NCBI GenBank assembly: GCA_000934665.2
Contig: KZ538334.1
Coordinates: forward strand, 1 to 64,000
Direction of reading: 5' to 3'
DNA from: Catajapyx aquilonaris
Taxonomy: Eukaryota
DNA length: 64,000 nt
A model generated the notes under the pieces. That model did no database searches, was not told where the DNA came from, and was given only the letters and a program-made list of their open reading frames with translations. Positions 13,621 to 25,887 of this stretch are shown here, piece by piece. The translations under genes and the position numbers were made by a program. Within the stretch, counting starts at the first letter, position 1. Every line of letters begins with the position of its first letter.

Positions 13621-16600
13621 TCGAGATATTTCTCAGGGACGTTACTCGGTCACGCCCACTGCCGGTACACTGGGCACCACAGTGAAAGTCCTGTCATGTT
13701 AGCTGTCCTGCCGAAAGCAAGGAGCCCCCCCCTCGAGATACAGATCAGCACTTTGAGCTCACTTCATACGCTACCTGACGGAAGTTAGCATGCTAATCTG
13801 CCCTATCTGCAAAGTACGTGAGTGCGAAATTTCGCATATGATCGTACCAACAAAAAAAAAGTTAAACCCGCAATGTTTGCAAATTACATACCGGTATCTA
13901 TAGCACTTGACTGAAGCACCAGTAGTTAAGTACTTTTTTTTCCTGCAAAGCTGCTGATTGCGTTATCGGACAGTAATTACACACCTGGCGATAGGCGGAA
14001 GTGTGGTATTGACATGAACAGGACGGAATGAGGAATCCTGATGAGGAGACAGGGCCCGGATTCTCATTAAGGCAAATGTATGGAGGTAGAAACAATATTG
14101 AATGGGGCTCGTCACACAATGGGGCGGGCTTGTATCTTTTAATAGATAGGAGTTGGTCGGTGGTTATTTTTGAGAACAGTTGTTTTGGGACGAGGAGGAT
14201 TCGAGGGTTGTGTGTCTGGTCACTTTTGGAATAATGTTATCTAGACGGGACATTCCAACCAGGTAAAATCTTGATTTTTATTTCTGAGAAACATAAGAGG
14301 GGGAAAGTGTGGTGCCCTCTGGCGGATTTGGGTCGAGGTTGAAGCTGATGGACACACACACAAAAAAATGGGTCCTTCTGCGTACGTCTCCAGTTACGGG
14401 AACGTTAGTGACACAAACAAGGGGACGTCACCAAGTGAAATCGGGGTCGTGGTTTCACCTTCCGGAAGGAATTTTTTGGTTGACTTTCACTATCACCAAA
14501 AGTGCTGGTCGGTAAGGTCAATTGATAGGCAAGGTCGTATGAGGCTGCCACGTGCGTTTTTTTTTCGCAACCGGATGTCATAATGTGACGTCGTAATAAT
14601 TTGTCGAGTCATAAATTATTAATGGGAATGTTATTTCGGATATATAGAATCGATTTTTTTTTTTTCAGTACCGATGTAATATATGATGAAATATTCATGT
14701 GGTGTTTTAAGGTGACTCTTGGTGAATATTCTGTACATTCAATTAGAGCTCCTTGGACCTCGAATCATATGCGTCCCTAATTATGGTATAAATTTACATC
14801 CGAAACTTTGGACCTTATTTCCAGAAGGTCTTGTTGATACCTTCAGCGGTTTTAATTTGAGAACTTGCAACTTTTTTGCGTGTTAAATTTTTGCAAAACT
14901 TGCCCTTCCGAGTTTTTTTTTCGCTGAATAATTAGAGGTTGGTTCAGGTTAATTCTGTCCCAGGTTTTCATACAATATTCATAACGGGTTATGGGGAGGG
15001 ACGGGATGAAATTAGCGGAGTTTGCCTCTCGACACAAAACCAGATCAATATGAGGCCAACTGAACTGCATACCGTGTAAATAAACAGGGGGGCGTTGAAT
15101 TTAAGGCAGATTCATTAAACCCAAAAAAAAAAGGTAATGACCTTGAATGATTAGCCACAGAATTGCGGATTGTTGATTCCAGCAACTAGTTTGCGTGTTG
15201 GCTTTAATTTTCTGATCGTTTGACCTTTTTTTAAAAAAATGTGAGGTAAAGCGACACGCTCGGCGTGATACGACCTTTTTACTAATGCAAAAGTCTAAGA
15301 CGCCGCATTTTCTTTTTTTTTCCGGATGGGGAAATCGATTCGCAGTTAATGATTCATCAGGCGACCTCTGGCCCTCCTCAACATTGTCGTTGTTACCTGG
15401 AAATTGAGCTGGGGAGGTCTATTTTTGGGAGCATAATGTGGGTCGGGCATTGTTGAAACCAGGTGGAATATATTTTCGGCTGATCTTTTACTTCAGGGCG
15501 TCGGGCGAATTGGCCATGTAAATTTCTATCCAATTTAAGAAAAAGTAATAACGCAATAGCGAAAATAGAAACTGAGCGGAAGACGCAATATGAATTAGTA
15601 ATATTGTCGTGTGCGCAATTTTCCGCAAAGCATGCGAGCCTTATTTGCGAAAATTACGATTATTGCGATATTGTTATTTAATTCTATCGTTTGCTTGACA
15701 GGCCTTCATATTTGCATATGAAAGGGGTATTAATACTCTGCAAGGAAGCTGTTTAGTTTTAAGGCTGTTGCATGTAATGCAATATAATACACAATATGGC
15801 AGTAAAAAAATTGACAGCGTTCCCGATGACATCACTTTTTTTTTGTCAGTCATACTTAACGCCATTCGATTGCTCATCTTGCAATGATTGTAGTTTTTTG
15901 ATGAGGAGAGATCTGGCTGACCTGTGAAGATTACTATCTGGTTCCGGATTTGATTTTTTTTTTTTTTTAAAGGTTCAAAATTGCGGAAGAACAACGCGTC
16001 GGTGTGAATGCACCTTGTATATATCGCGATGCTGGACCAAGCAAGACCATTAATAGCATATAGTGTTTCTTAATTTAAATTATTTTTTATTTATATCTCC
16101 CGTCCGCCTGATGTGATGGCATGGCATGCAAAGTGGTGGTGTAGAGTTTTGTTATATAGGGGGCGGTGGTTCGATTATTTCGAGGGGGGCAGGACCCGGA
16201 TCGTTTTTCACCCTGGCAGTCCGTTGCCACGTACACGGGACACACACACACATTTGGTGGAGGAAGCCTCTCGAAATCATTCAACCTCCACATTCCCCTC
16301 TTCGAGAGAGTCGATCCAGAAAATGTCTATTAAGTACTGCAATCATCCCCCCCTCCCCCATTTTTATTATCTGCTGGGCATTCCGATTGTGCCGGAAATG
16401 ACCCACATTTATGTATACTCAGTGTATAGGCGACCAGACACTATGTACAGGCAAAAGGAAATGCAAAAAGGACCGCTTTGTGCTGTCCCTCAAACTTCCC
16501 GTCGATTGCATGTCTGATGATGCTGGAATTTTAAAAAAAAAAAAAAAACTGGGGCCCAGACATACTGAGGGGACAAGATCGTGTCATCAGATCCTGTGCT

Positions 16601-16696
16601 GGACATCATGACACTTGAGGGCAAAACACCTACAAATGATCGCAATCAGACCGAAATACCGGTCATTTAAATAAAATATTACAAATCAACGTATGT

Positions 16697-16924
16697 ATAG
16701 GAAGATATACCCGTTCTTCGCACGGGAATATTATTGAAGAATATTGAAGAATAAGAAAAGGTATATAGAAGATGTTGCGGTAACTTTGTTGCTAGGGTAA
16801 CCCCGTTGCCATGGACATCCGTTGCTAGGTAACCCTGTTGCTATGGGTCTGGCAGAATAGGGCGGTGGCGGGGAAGGGAAATGGGACATACCAACAAACT
16901 TTGCCTTTTTATATTATATAATAG
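16697..16924 (-). mobile_element. Non-autonomous Helitron-like element
   Basis: Minus strand starts CTATTATATAATATAAAAAGGCAAAGTTTGTTGG and ends with hairpin CCCGTGCGAAGAACGGG about 10 nt before CTAT (canonical CTAG, one mismatch). Confidence 0.6.
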
Positions 16925-16939
16925 CTATTAATACAATAA

Positions 16940-17070
16940 TAAATATCTAACAACGAATAACTAATATAAATATCTAACATAACGAATAACTAATATAAAT
17001 ATCTAACATAACGAATAACTAATATAAATATCTAACATAACGAATAACTAATATAAATATCTAACATAAT
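16940..17070 (+). repeat. 29-bp AT-rich minisatellite (about 4 copies) in a longer low-complexity tract to about 17700
   Basis: Unit AACGAATAACTAATATAAATATCTAACAT. Confidence 0.9.
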
Positions 17071-17309
17071 AAACAGCCAAAGCAGATAATATAATAGGTA
17101 ACAACAATTAGATAATATAATAGATAAACAACAAATAGATGATATAAATATCTAAGAAGTCGATTATAAGTAAGACCTGATGAATAATATAATGAATAAC
17201 AAATAATGTAAATGACTAATAGAATAGCTAATATAATGAGTAATGAATAAATCGATAATGTGATAGCTAATGAACAACTAATATAATTATTAGGCAGTGG
17301 ACGACTATA

Positions 17310-17520
17310 CAGGGTGTCTCAACTTTTTTGTCCGAACAATTACTATCGGAAATATTGCACTAAGCTGCTTATTTTTTTAAAGCAGTGACTTTCAACCAGT
17401 GATGCTTCCCCAGTTGAGGGATGTGCCAGGAATGTAGGGGGCATATTATTCTGGCTGCATACCTAGAAGATACATAGGCTTTTCCGATAACTGTTCGGAC
17501 AAAAAAGTTTTGACGCCCTG
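17310..17520. mobile_element. Tc1/mariner-type MITE
   Basis: TA|CAGGGTGTCTCAACTTTTTTGTCCGAACA...TGTTCGGACAAAAAAGTTTTGACGCCCTG|TA. Confidence 0.85.
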
Positions 17521-19361
17521 TATGTCATAAATAGTCAGTGACAACTAATAATGAATGGTCAGTAAACAACTAGTAATAAATAGTCAATGAACAACTACTG
17601 ATATAATAAGTATGTACATTAGTATAAAATAACTAATGCAGCAGGTATATAATAGCTAATGCAATAAGTAGCTAATAAATTAATTTGAAATTTGTTAATA
17701 AAATGGAATGAATATTAATAATAATATTTTTTCGAGATTTGGATGATAAGTTGAAATGGACTTGTTGAGGACGTCCACGTCCATTTATTTTTTTTCGGCG
17801 TGGGAAGAATTTTGGCGATTTGCGAAAATGAAGGTTGGAGTCAGTGTGGCGGACATCACAGGGCGTTGGCCCCTTCGAGTTTGATAGAAAGAAAAAGAAA
17901 AAAGAAAATGAAGAAGAAGAAGAAAAAATTTGTACAGAAGGTGGTAGGGACCGGTTCCCTTTCGGAAGGTGAACGAACCAAACCTCTCTCCTCATGAAGG
18001 GATGATGCTTGGCGGATTCCTCAGGTGTAAAAAGGATGACCTGCCTCAAGGTCGACATCTTCACCCACCCACCCACCAGTTATTTTTTCTTAAAAGTAAT
18101 GGCATCCGGAAGCTGAGGTTATTTTTGGGATGAGGTCACCTGAAGATTCCAACAGGTTGCTCGAATTTAATAAAAATTCTTGGATCGAGTGCGAGAAAGT
18201 TCAAAGGTCACGAATTTTTACACAGTGCAGCAGCACAATAGTTTGCGTGCCACCGGTTGGCAAAAGGGAGATTAGAAGCAAGGGGTGGAGGAAAAAAAAA
18301 CGTGAGAATGTGATTGTGTGTGTCCTAACCTCCCACTTCCCTCCCAACCCCCTTTGGAGGGTCCATCCGATCCACGATCACTGGTTGGCCTTTTTAAAAG
18401 TTACACACTTTTTTTTATACCTTTTTTGCATCATGCCATCCGGTCCGGAAAGAGGAAGGTGACCTGACAATTTTTTGAGCGCAATGCCAGATCAGCAATT
18501 AGCAATTTTCAACACCAGCGACATTGAGATTAATTATGCAAAGCATACACTTTTTTTTTCCACCTTGATGGTGATGGAAAAATATTTAACATGCTCTTTC
18601 AAGCAGATATCCCCCCCCTTTGGTAATGTTACGTGCTGTCGCTTCACGGTGGTTGGACCCATTTGTGTAATGTAATATCAAGTTAGTGGTGCCCTAATAT
18701 TGAGCGTGTAGTGGAAATTGCATAATCCTAGATGCATGAATGTTGTACTTGTGTCTAGGGAACGGGTTTCAAGCGGGATGACAAATTGCGGTGAATTGTG
18801 GCTGTATGGCTCACCCGGGCTGTTTCCACGAAAGGCAATGGTATCTTTTTGCCACATCATCTACCCCATGCATGCAGCTCACCTGAACTCATCAAGCGGC
18901 ATGCATGCAACGGGCTACAAAAATCCAGCTTTTCAAATCAAATTGCATTCTGCGGACATGGCAGGTGGAAAAGAGGAGCCAGTGATGAAACCATCTTGAG
19001 CTCTGGCAGAATGATAATAATTATTGTTTTGGAAAATGAGTGACACACAATATTGGAAGTACATGCAACTTGTCGTTCAGTTGGAGTGGTGCATAATGGG
19101 GACATATCATATAGCGTCTGCCGTCATTTTATCAGGGTGCACTGCCAAAATGATATGAGCAATTTTAATTGAAGGCCGTGTTCCCAGTGGTCTAGCCAGC
19201 TGAGAGCATGTGAACTTAACTCGGCAGTACTGTGTTTTGTTGCATGAAACTTGTTCCGTACAGGAGATTTTTATGGAACAAAGTAGTTTATTCTATGCAA
19301 TTAATGTTCCATGGAATATTGTCTAATGATTTCTGTTTCTCCTTACAGAGTGGATGGCGTG

Positions 19362-20558
19362 ATGGCAATGCGCTTGCGGTGCCTGCACTCATGTGTGCTG
19401 GCGCTGGTAGTGGGCCTGGTGCTCATCTACTCCACTTTCCTGTCCACGCAGCTTCCGCTGCGATACCTGGACCCCACTGCCTCCACTGCCTCTCCACCCA
19501 TAACAAATGCTGACTCGAGCAATGTCACCAACCCAGTTCCTTCCCCCAACAGCTCCCAGGCCCTGGGACTGGTGGCCAGGTCGGCACCCACCCAGTCGGC
19601 CGCCCCACCACCTCCAAAGGACAAGTCAGCAGTCAGAATGACCTCGAGGGTAGTCACCAGCGTGCGGGAAGTCACCCCGCAGTCTTCCGCACCTCCAGCC
19701 CATCAGTCCGCAAAGGCTGGCCAGAAACCGCTCCTGACGAAGCATCTGTACGAAGAGGGTCATCCAATCCCTTCGGCACATTTGTGTCCTGAAGAAGGGG
19801 CTAACATACAGGTGCTGATACTAGTGACTTCAGCACCGGGACATGCAGCAGCCCGGAGTGCCATCCGGATGACCTGGGGCCATGCAGCCATGCGCTCGGA
19901 TGTGGCGCTTGGGTTTGTGGTGGGTCGGACGGCCAACCAGACGGTGCAGCGGGCCATGGAAGAGGAGCATCACCTTTGGGGCGACCTGATCCAAGGAGCC
20001 TTCCTGGACTCATACGATAACCTGACGCTCAAGACGGTGTCGATGCTGCAGTGGGCGGCCGAGCGGTGCCCCGGTGCCCGGTTTATGCTCAAGACGGATG
20101 ACGATATGTTCATCCATGTGGACAACCTGCTGCAGTTTGCACGCAAGCACTCTGGTGGGGGGCCCTCCACGGGGAGGATCTACGGGCGGCTGGCGCAAAG
20201 GTGGAAGCCGGTTCGGAATGCAAAGTCCAAGTACTTTGTATCCACAGCCCAGTTTTCTGCAGCGGTCTACCCAGACTTCTGCACCGGTCCTGCTTACCTA
20301 GTGGAAGGAAGGTCATTTCGAGCGCTGTACAACGCAGCCCTGCAGGCCAGGTACCTCAAGCTGGAGGATGTGTTCGCCACAGGGATTGTGGCCCAGTCTC
20401 TGGGCATCCCTCGGGTGCATGCAGACGCTTTTGCCAACAAGAAGCTGCCGCTGCAAGCGTGCAAACTGCAGCGGGTCATCGCCACACATATGGTGCAGTT
20501 TCACGAGCAGTTCGACATCTGGAAGAAGCTGCAGGATGGACGGACACGATGCAAGTGA
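19362..20558 (+). CDS. Beta-1,3-galactosyltransferase-like (GT31), single coding exon, 398 aa
   Basis: Acceptor TTCTCCTTACAG at 19348; N-terminal TM helix, Ser/Thr/Pro stem, motifs RSAIRMTWG, DSYDNLTLKT, KTDDD, YPDFCTGPAY, LEDVFATG. Confidence 0.95.
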   Translation: MAMRLRCLHSCVLALVVGLVLIYSTFLSTQLPLRYLDPTASTASPPITNADSSNVTNPVPSPNSSQALGLVARSAPTQSAAPPPPKDKSAVRMTSRVVTSVREVTPQSSAPPAHQSAKAGQKPLLTKHLYEEGHPIPSAHLCPEEGANIQVLILVTSAPGHAAARSAIRMTWGHAAMRSDVALGFVVGRTANQTVQRAMEEEHHLWGDLIQGAFLDSYDNLTLKTVSMLQWAAERCPGARFMLKTDDDMFIHVDNLLQFARKHSGGGPSTGRIYGRLAQRWKPVRNAKSKYFVSTAQFSAAVYPDFCTGPAYLVEGRSFRALYNAALQARYLKLEDVFATGIVAQSLGIPRVHADAFANKKLPLQACKLQRVIATHMVQFHEQFDIWKKLQDGRTRCK

Positions 20559-22512
20559 AGCTTGAGAGCGCCGCAACTCCGGGGGACGCGACCGGTGGGA
20601 GGGTAGGCCAGGAAGCTAACCTGCTCCTTTTTTGCATGGTCGTTACTGTGCATCTCTGGCTGTAAAATCACTCACATTGTGGTCAAGTTACATGAAATTA
20701 AGCTGCAGCTGTTGACAACTGCAAGAAACGTGCAGGTACTTCCTGACCTACCGTCATTTCCCGCCGCCCTGCAGGACTCGGGTGCAAGAATCGCGTCCTC
20801 CAAAATTGCGGTGCTTCGCTTGGTGTTGAATCTCGGTGCTGCCCTCCTGTAATGCTTGTCAACACACAGAGAGCGTGTCACAAAGTGTGTTTGAATGTGC
20901 AAATGTGACACTGCCTGATGTAGTAAGTCCAGTGATTGTTGTGTTAATACCTTTCCCCCTGCCCCCCCAATTCTTCCTCTCTTCCTTTGCCAGGTCCACA
21001 AGTCATAAGCAAATCCCCTCTACACAAGATGTTGTTCGTGAAGCAAAACCTGGTGGAATGAGAGTCCAACTTGCGAAGGACTATTGCTCACCATTTTTTT
21101 TTTGTGTGGAGGTAAACGGATCAGATCGGACTTGCGATGGAATAAAATCCGCTTGATCCGAGGTAGGTTATAGAGACAAAAATCAAGGAAAAGATATGCT
21201 GTGTGTGCATAATGTATTTGGAATCTCCCCGAAGCATCTGTTTAGCAATATGGAAATCAGGATCTCCGTGCATAAAAAGAAATTTCGCTCCCAACTTATT
21301 CCTCAAAAAAAAAAAAAAAGAAAGAAAGGAGAGAGAAAAAAAAGTTTTTGCTGCTGGTAGTTTTGTAATTTTGTATTCATTTAAAACCATGTCTGGAAGC
21401 TAGTTTTCTGCATTGCTGCGAAAGGTGTATAACTAGTTCACAACCCCTGTTTGAGAAAGTATGTCGTAAAAATTATTGGAGTCGCAATGTCAAAGTCTCG
21501 TGACAATTGAATTTGTTGGAAAGTAATATTTCACTGCAATTGTTGCGTCGATGCTATGGCCGTGATTTGATCTTATGTTATTCTCCACACAGAGTCTTAC
21601 GTGCAATTTCATGCGAATAATAGTGTTGGGCAATACCATGCCGCATCCTTACAGCAAGAGTAATTAATACGCATGGTAATTAGTTTTTAGCTACTACTTG
21701 CGATTATGGGGAATGATCAAGTCCTAACTAAATGAGATTATGGTAGACACTTTTACTCATTAGAATACTCAAGTCATGAAGCTCAACATTTTGGAGGGTG
21801 ATAAGGAGTGACAATAAGTTTTAGAAAAACCTGTGCCGCTTACCCTACTTACTCCTAAGAGTGGTTTCGAATCTCAAGTAGAAAAATGGTACGAGACGAG
21901 TACCTGCGCACAAGTTCTGACAAGTTGAAATTAACTTGCAGTAAAAAATTTGTCCAGAATCTGTGCCTTTCATAGCACTTGGTTTATGAAATTGCACATA
22001 ATTGCTGTTGTACTTTGTCTCTCTGAGAATAAGATGGATCGTGGCATAGGCGGAATGGTTGCGGCCCAAAGAGTCAACGGAACTGTTGCAGTGTAGTGAG
22101 AAGTGATATTATTTTCCAACAAATCGCAAGTCGCATGGCAAGGGTTTTTAAAAAAATTGCTGTACTTATGAGATTTCTGTTATTTTTTTGGAGTGAACAA
22201 TTTGCTTGTCACATGCTGGTGACACATTGCGCCAAACATTACTCGTCACACATTCCAGTCCCCCCCACTCGTTGTTTTTGAATGTGTGAAAATTGCCATA
22301 CTGTGTACTTACAGTTATGTTTTTTTGTTTTTTTTTAAACAGGCAATGTACATGATATGCGTCAAACAGTGCAATTAGGCGATGGGATGAATCCAGACAG
22401 GAAACATCGCTGTGATAGAGATTATTAAAAGTATTTGCCTCGTAAAGTCCCAATCGTCCCCATACCATTTCCTTATGTTCTTCCGATGATTCTTACTACT
22501 TTNCCCCCCCCA

Positions 22513-23601
22513 ACACATGATACACATTCCTCTCATCTGCTGCCAATCTAGACACCTCCCCCAAGAAACTCTCACCGAAATGTACTATTGAAATTATTAC
22601 TATCTATAACTTGACTGCCTGTCTGAAAAGGACTCAAATCAACGACTCAAAAAAAGAAACCTCGATCTTGAGAACTGAGAAGAGAACAATGAAAGTGAGC
22701 CCGACCGGACAAAACTTTTTATCATTATATACTCTCCTCTTTCATTATTTATCAAAGATGCGTTTCATCGGCAAAAGTCTCTGGAGTAAAGACTCAGCTT
22801 GACACTTAACAACGTCGTTTCATTTCACTCTCGATCCGAAAATTAATGTTGTGTACAGTTTCAGCCTCAGGTAAGTAGTGGAGGTCAAATGTGGTCAACG
22901 GCTGGAGCCAAGTAATTAAAACACCCACATTTATAGGCCTAGACTGTATTGGGAGTTATGCTCACATTATTGCAGCTGAACATAAAGTGCATTGTAAAGA
23001 TGAATCCCATGGTCAAAAAAATATCTCTAGAACACTATTGGGTAGATACGCTGAGACAATCTTCATGTATAAAATCTCAAAAGAAATGCACTGCTTGATT
23101 TTGGTGCAGGATGAGTAGCAAAAAATGGTGTCGTTTCTATTGGCCTGAGCATCTAGAGTCAGAGGCTTTTCATTCATGAAAGTGTCGGGAAGAGCCTTGT
23201 GCATGACTTTTGCTTCCTAGGTGCTTGGTTCTTGTCTCCCATCAGATGGTCCGACAGTCCTAGCGCATCTGTGGCTGGGAATCACGCTCGGAATATGTGC
23301 GGATATGCCTCTCGGAACTGAAGAGTAAAAAGGGTCAATTAACGACTCTCACTTTTAACCATGGTGTTATCTTGCAAATGTACCTTTCGTATCCGATAGG
23401 CCCTATCCTTAACCCTGGGATCCTTGAGGATCTGGTCCAGCAGCTCGACCAGTGCAGCATGTGACCCTGCTTCCTACTGACACTCGAACTCCTCTTGGGT
23501 CACTCTGGCGCCGAACACCGTGGAGTCCATTGAAGACCAGCTCCTCTGCAGCTGCACAGGTGTAAGTGACACATCCTCTGATTATAGTTACCTTGCTACA
23601 A
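22513..23601 (-). pseudogene. Duplicated 3' end of DEPDC1 (last two exons plus 3' UTR)
   Basis: Direct repeat of 26673-27521 with an in-frame AAG-to-TAG change near 23475, an 18-bp deletion in the last exon and about 325 bp of extra sequence (22554-22878); upstream exons are absent. Confidence 0.9.
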
Positions 23602-23715
23602 TGGAACACAATCACTACTGCATTACATATACTTGTATATTGTTACATTGCCTTAATTTTTTTTTTTAATAATCTGGGGTAGAGCTTGACCTCATCTGAG
23701 GTAAGCATCACGGAC

Positions 23716-23996
23716 CTTTATTTATTATGTCAAGTACATTTTTGAGCCTTTATATGTAGCGCCCAGGCCCACGGGCAGGATGACAGGAGGGGATGTGCAA
23801 GGTGCAGTGCAATGCCTTATCCGTGGTCATTTTTAGTGAACTCCCCCGGGTTGTTTAGTCTGTGGATATACCACCCGAGACGAAGCCAGAGGTGACCCTG
23901 AACTCTGCATGAGATGAAGGGGGTGTCCCCGGGTTGGGATCGAACCCAGGACCTTAACATCCGAGGGCGCAGACGTTACCGCAGCACCACTCCGCC
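23716..23996 (-). mobile_element. tRNA-derived SINE
   Basis: Minus strand GGCGGAGTGGTGCTGCGGTAA (A-box-like)...GGGTTCGATCCC (B box), followed by a non-tRNA body and an A-rich end. No TSD seen; 3' limit approximate. Confidence 0.7.
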
Positions 23997-24225
23997 TTAG
24001 CAATGTTTCTGAAGTTGTGATTAACGCCTGCCACTCTCTCGAAATAGCTTCGCCTCATATCTCATGCACCAAGTGAGAGTCATCATTGGTCCAAAGTTTC
24101 TGATACATTCAGCATAATGAAGAAGATGGTGGTGGTTGTTTTTTATATTAATGTTAGGAAATAATTTCTTAAAAAGAATGTCATCGTCACGAATTATTTC
24201 ACGCAAGTAGGACTACATCATGCCT
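23997..24225 (-). mobile_element. Frameshifted CMC/EnSpm-like transposase C-terminal fragment
   Basis: ...FKKLFPN...HHHLLHYAECIRNFGP...WCMRYEAK / YFERVAGVNHNFRNIAK matches the recalled HxxxHY..I..FGP...W.MRFEAKH..FK......NFKNI pattern. Confidence 0.7.
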
Positions 24226-24837
24226 GTCTATTTGCAAACTACCGGGCTGTTCTGGGCTACCAGACAGAAGAGCAAGTCCCTTATTTGTTTCTGTGGTCAT
24301 GCACTTTTGGTCGGAATGTTCCCTCTGCAGGTGATTCATCATAATGTGAATCAAATTATCTCGTGACTCACCTCAGCTCATCTTCTCGATTGCCTCCTCT
24401 GGTAGTACAAATAATTTTATCCTGCAAAATTTGAGCATGTATTAACAAAACAATCACTTGAATTACTACATCAGGCAGTGTCACATTGGCACATTCAAAC
24501 ACGACGCTTTGTGATGCGCTCTCTGTGTGTTGAAAAACATAACGGGATGGCACCAGGCAGCACCAAGATTCAACACCGAGCAAGGCGCCGCAATCTTTCG
24601 GGGACGAGATTCTAGCACCCGAGTCCTGCAGGTGGTCAGAAAGTACCTGCACGTTTCTGGCAGTTGTCAACAGCTGCAGCTTAATTTGATACATCTTGAC
24701 CACAATGTGTGTGTGACAATATAATTTACAGGGAGAGATGCACGCAGTCACGACCATGCAAATAAGGCACAAGGTTATAGCTTCCTGGCTACCCTCCCGC
24801 TGGTCGCATCCCCTCAGAGTTGCAGCGCTCTCAAGCT

Positions 24838-25887
24838 TCACTTGCATCGTGTCCGTCCATCCTGCAGCTTCTTCCAGATGTCAAACTGCTCGTGAATCTG
24901 CACCATATGTGTGGCGATGACCCGCTGCAGTTTGCACGCCAGCAGCGGCAACTTCTTGTTGGCAAAAGCGTCTGCATGCACCCGAGGGATGCCCAGAGAC
25001 TGGGCCACAATCCCTGTGGTGAACACATCCTCCACCTTGATGTACCTGGCCTGCAGGGCTGCGTTGTATAGCGCTAGAAAAAACCTCCCTTCCACTAGGT
25101 ACGCAGGACCAGTGCAGAAGTCTGGGTAGACAGCTGCGGGAAACTGGGCTGTGGATACAAAGTACTTAGATTTTGTATCCCGAAACGGCTTCCACCACTG
25201 GGCCAGCTGCCCATAGATCGCGGAGGGCCCCCCACCAGAGTGCTTGCGTGCAAACTGCAGCAGGTTGTCCACATGGATAAACACGTCGTCATCCGTCTTG
25301 AGCATAAACAGGGCACCGGGGCACCGCTCGGCCGCCCACTGCAGCATCGACACCGTCTTGAGCGTCAGGTTATCGTATGAGTCCAGGAAAGCTCCTTGGA
25401 TCAGGTCGCCCCAAAGGTGATGCTCCTCTTCCATGGCCCGCTGCACCGTCTGGTTGGCCGTCCGACCCACCACAAACCCAAGCGCCACATCCGAGCGCAT
25501 GGCTGCATGTCCCCAGGTCATCCGGATGGCACTCCGGGCTGCTGCATGGCCCGGTGCTGAAGTCACTAGTATCAGCACCTGTATGTTAGCCCCTTCTTCA
25601 GGACACAAATGTGCCGAAGGGATTGGATGACCCTCTTCGTACAGATGCTTCGTCAGCTGGCCAGCCTTTGCAGGCTGATGGGCTGGTGGTGCAGAAGACT
25701 GCGGGGTGACTTCCCGCACGCTGGTGACTATCCTCGAGGTCATTCTGACTGCTGGCTTGTCCTTTGGAGGTGGTGGGGTAGTGGGGTGCAGGTATCGCAG
25801 TGGGAACAGGAAGGTGGAGTAGATGAGCACCAGGCCCACTCCCAGCGCCAGAACACATGAGTACAGGCACCGCAGGCGCATTGCCAT
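24838..25887 (-). CDS. Inverted GT31 paralog, 349 aa, intact ORF (expression unknown)
   Basis: 24439-25908 is an inverted copy of 19341-20950 with four in-frame deletions (3, 41, 3 and 2 codons); KTDDD and EDV motifs retained. Confidence 0.75.
   Translation of the reverse strand: MAMRLRCLYSCVLALGVGLVLIYSTFLFPLRYLHPTTPPPPKDKPAVRMTSRIVTSVREVTPQSSAPPAHQPAKAGQLTKHLYEEGHPIPSAHLCPEEGANIQVLILVTSAPGHAAARSAIRMTWGHAAMRSDVALGFVVGRTANQTVQRAMEEEHHLWGDLIQGAFLDSYDNLTLKTVSMLQWAAERCPGALFMLKTDDDVFIHVDNLLQFARKHSGGGPSAIYGQLAQWWKPFRDTKSKYFVSTAQFPAAVYPDFCTGPAYLVEGRFFLALYNAALQARYIKVEDVFTTGIVAQSLGIPRVHADAFANKKLPLLACKLQRVIATHMVQIHEQFDIWKKLQDGRTRCK

Noticed and set aside
16510..16570. C/D-box snoRNA
   Set aside because: TGATGA and CTGA are only about 50 nt apart, separated by an A-run, with no terminal stem.
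23925..23996. tRNA gene
   Set aside because: A/B-box-like motifs are present but there is no convincing acceptor stem and it continues into a SINE body; the same applies to 39827-39900.
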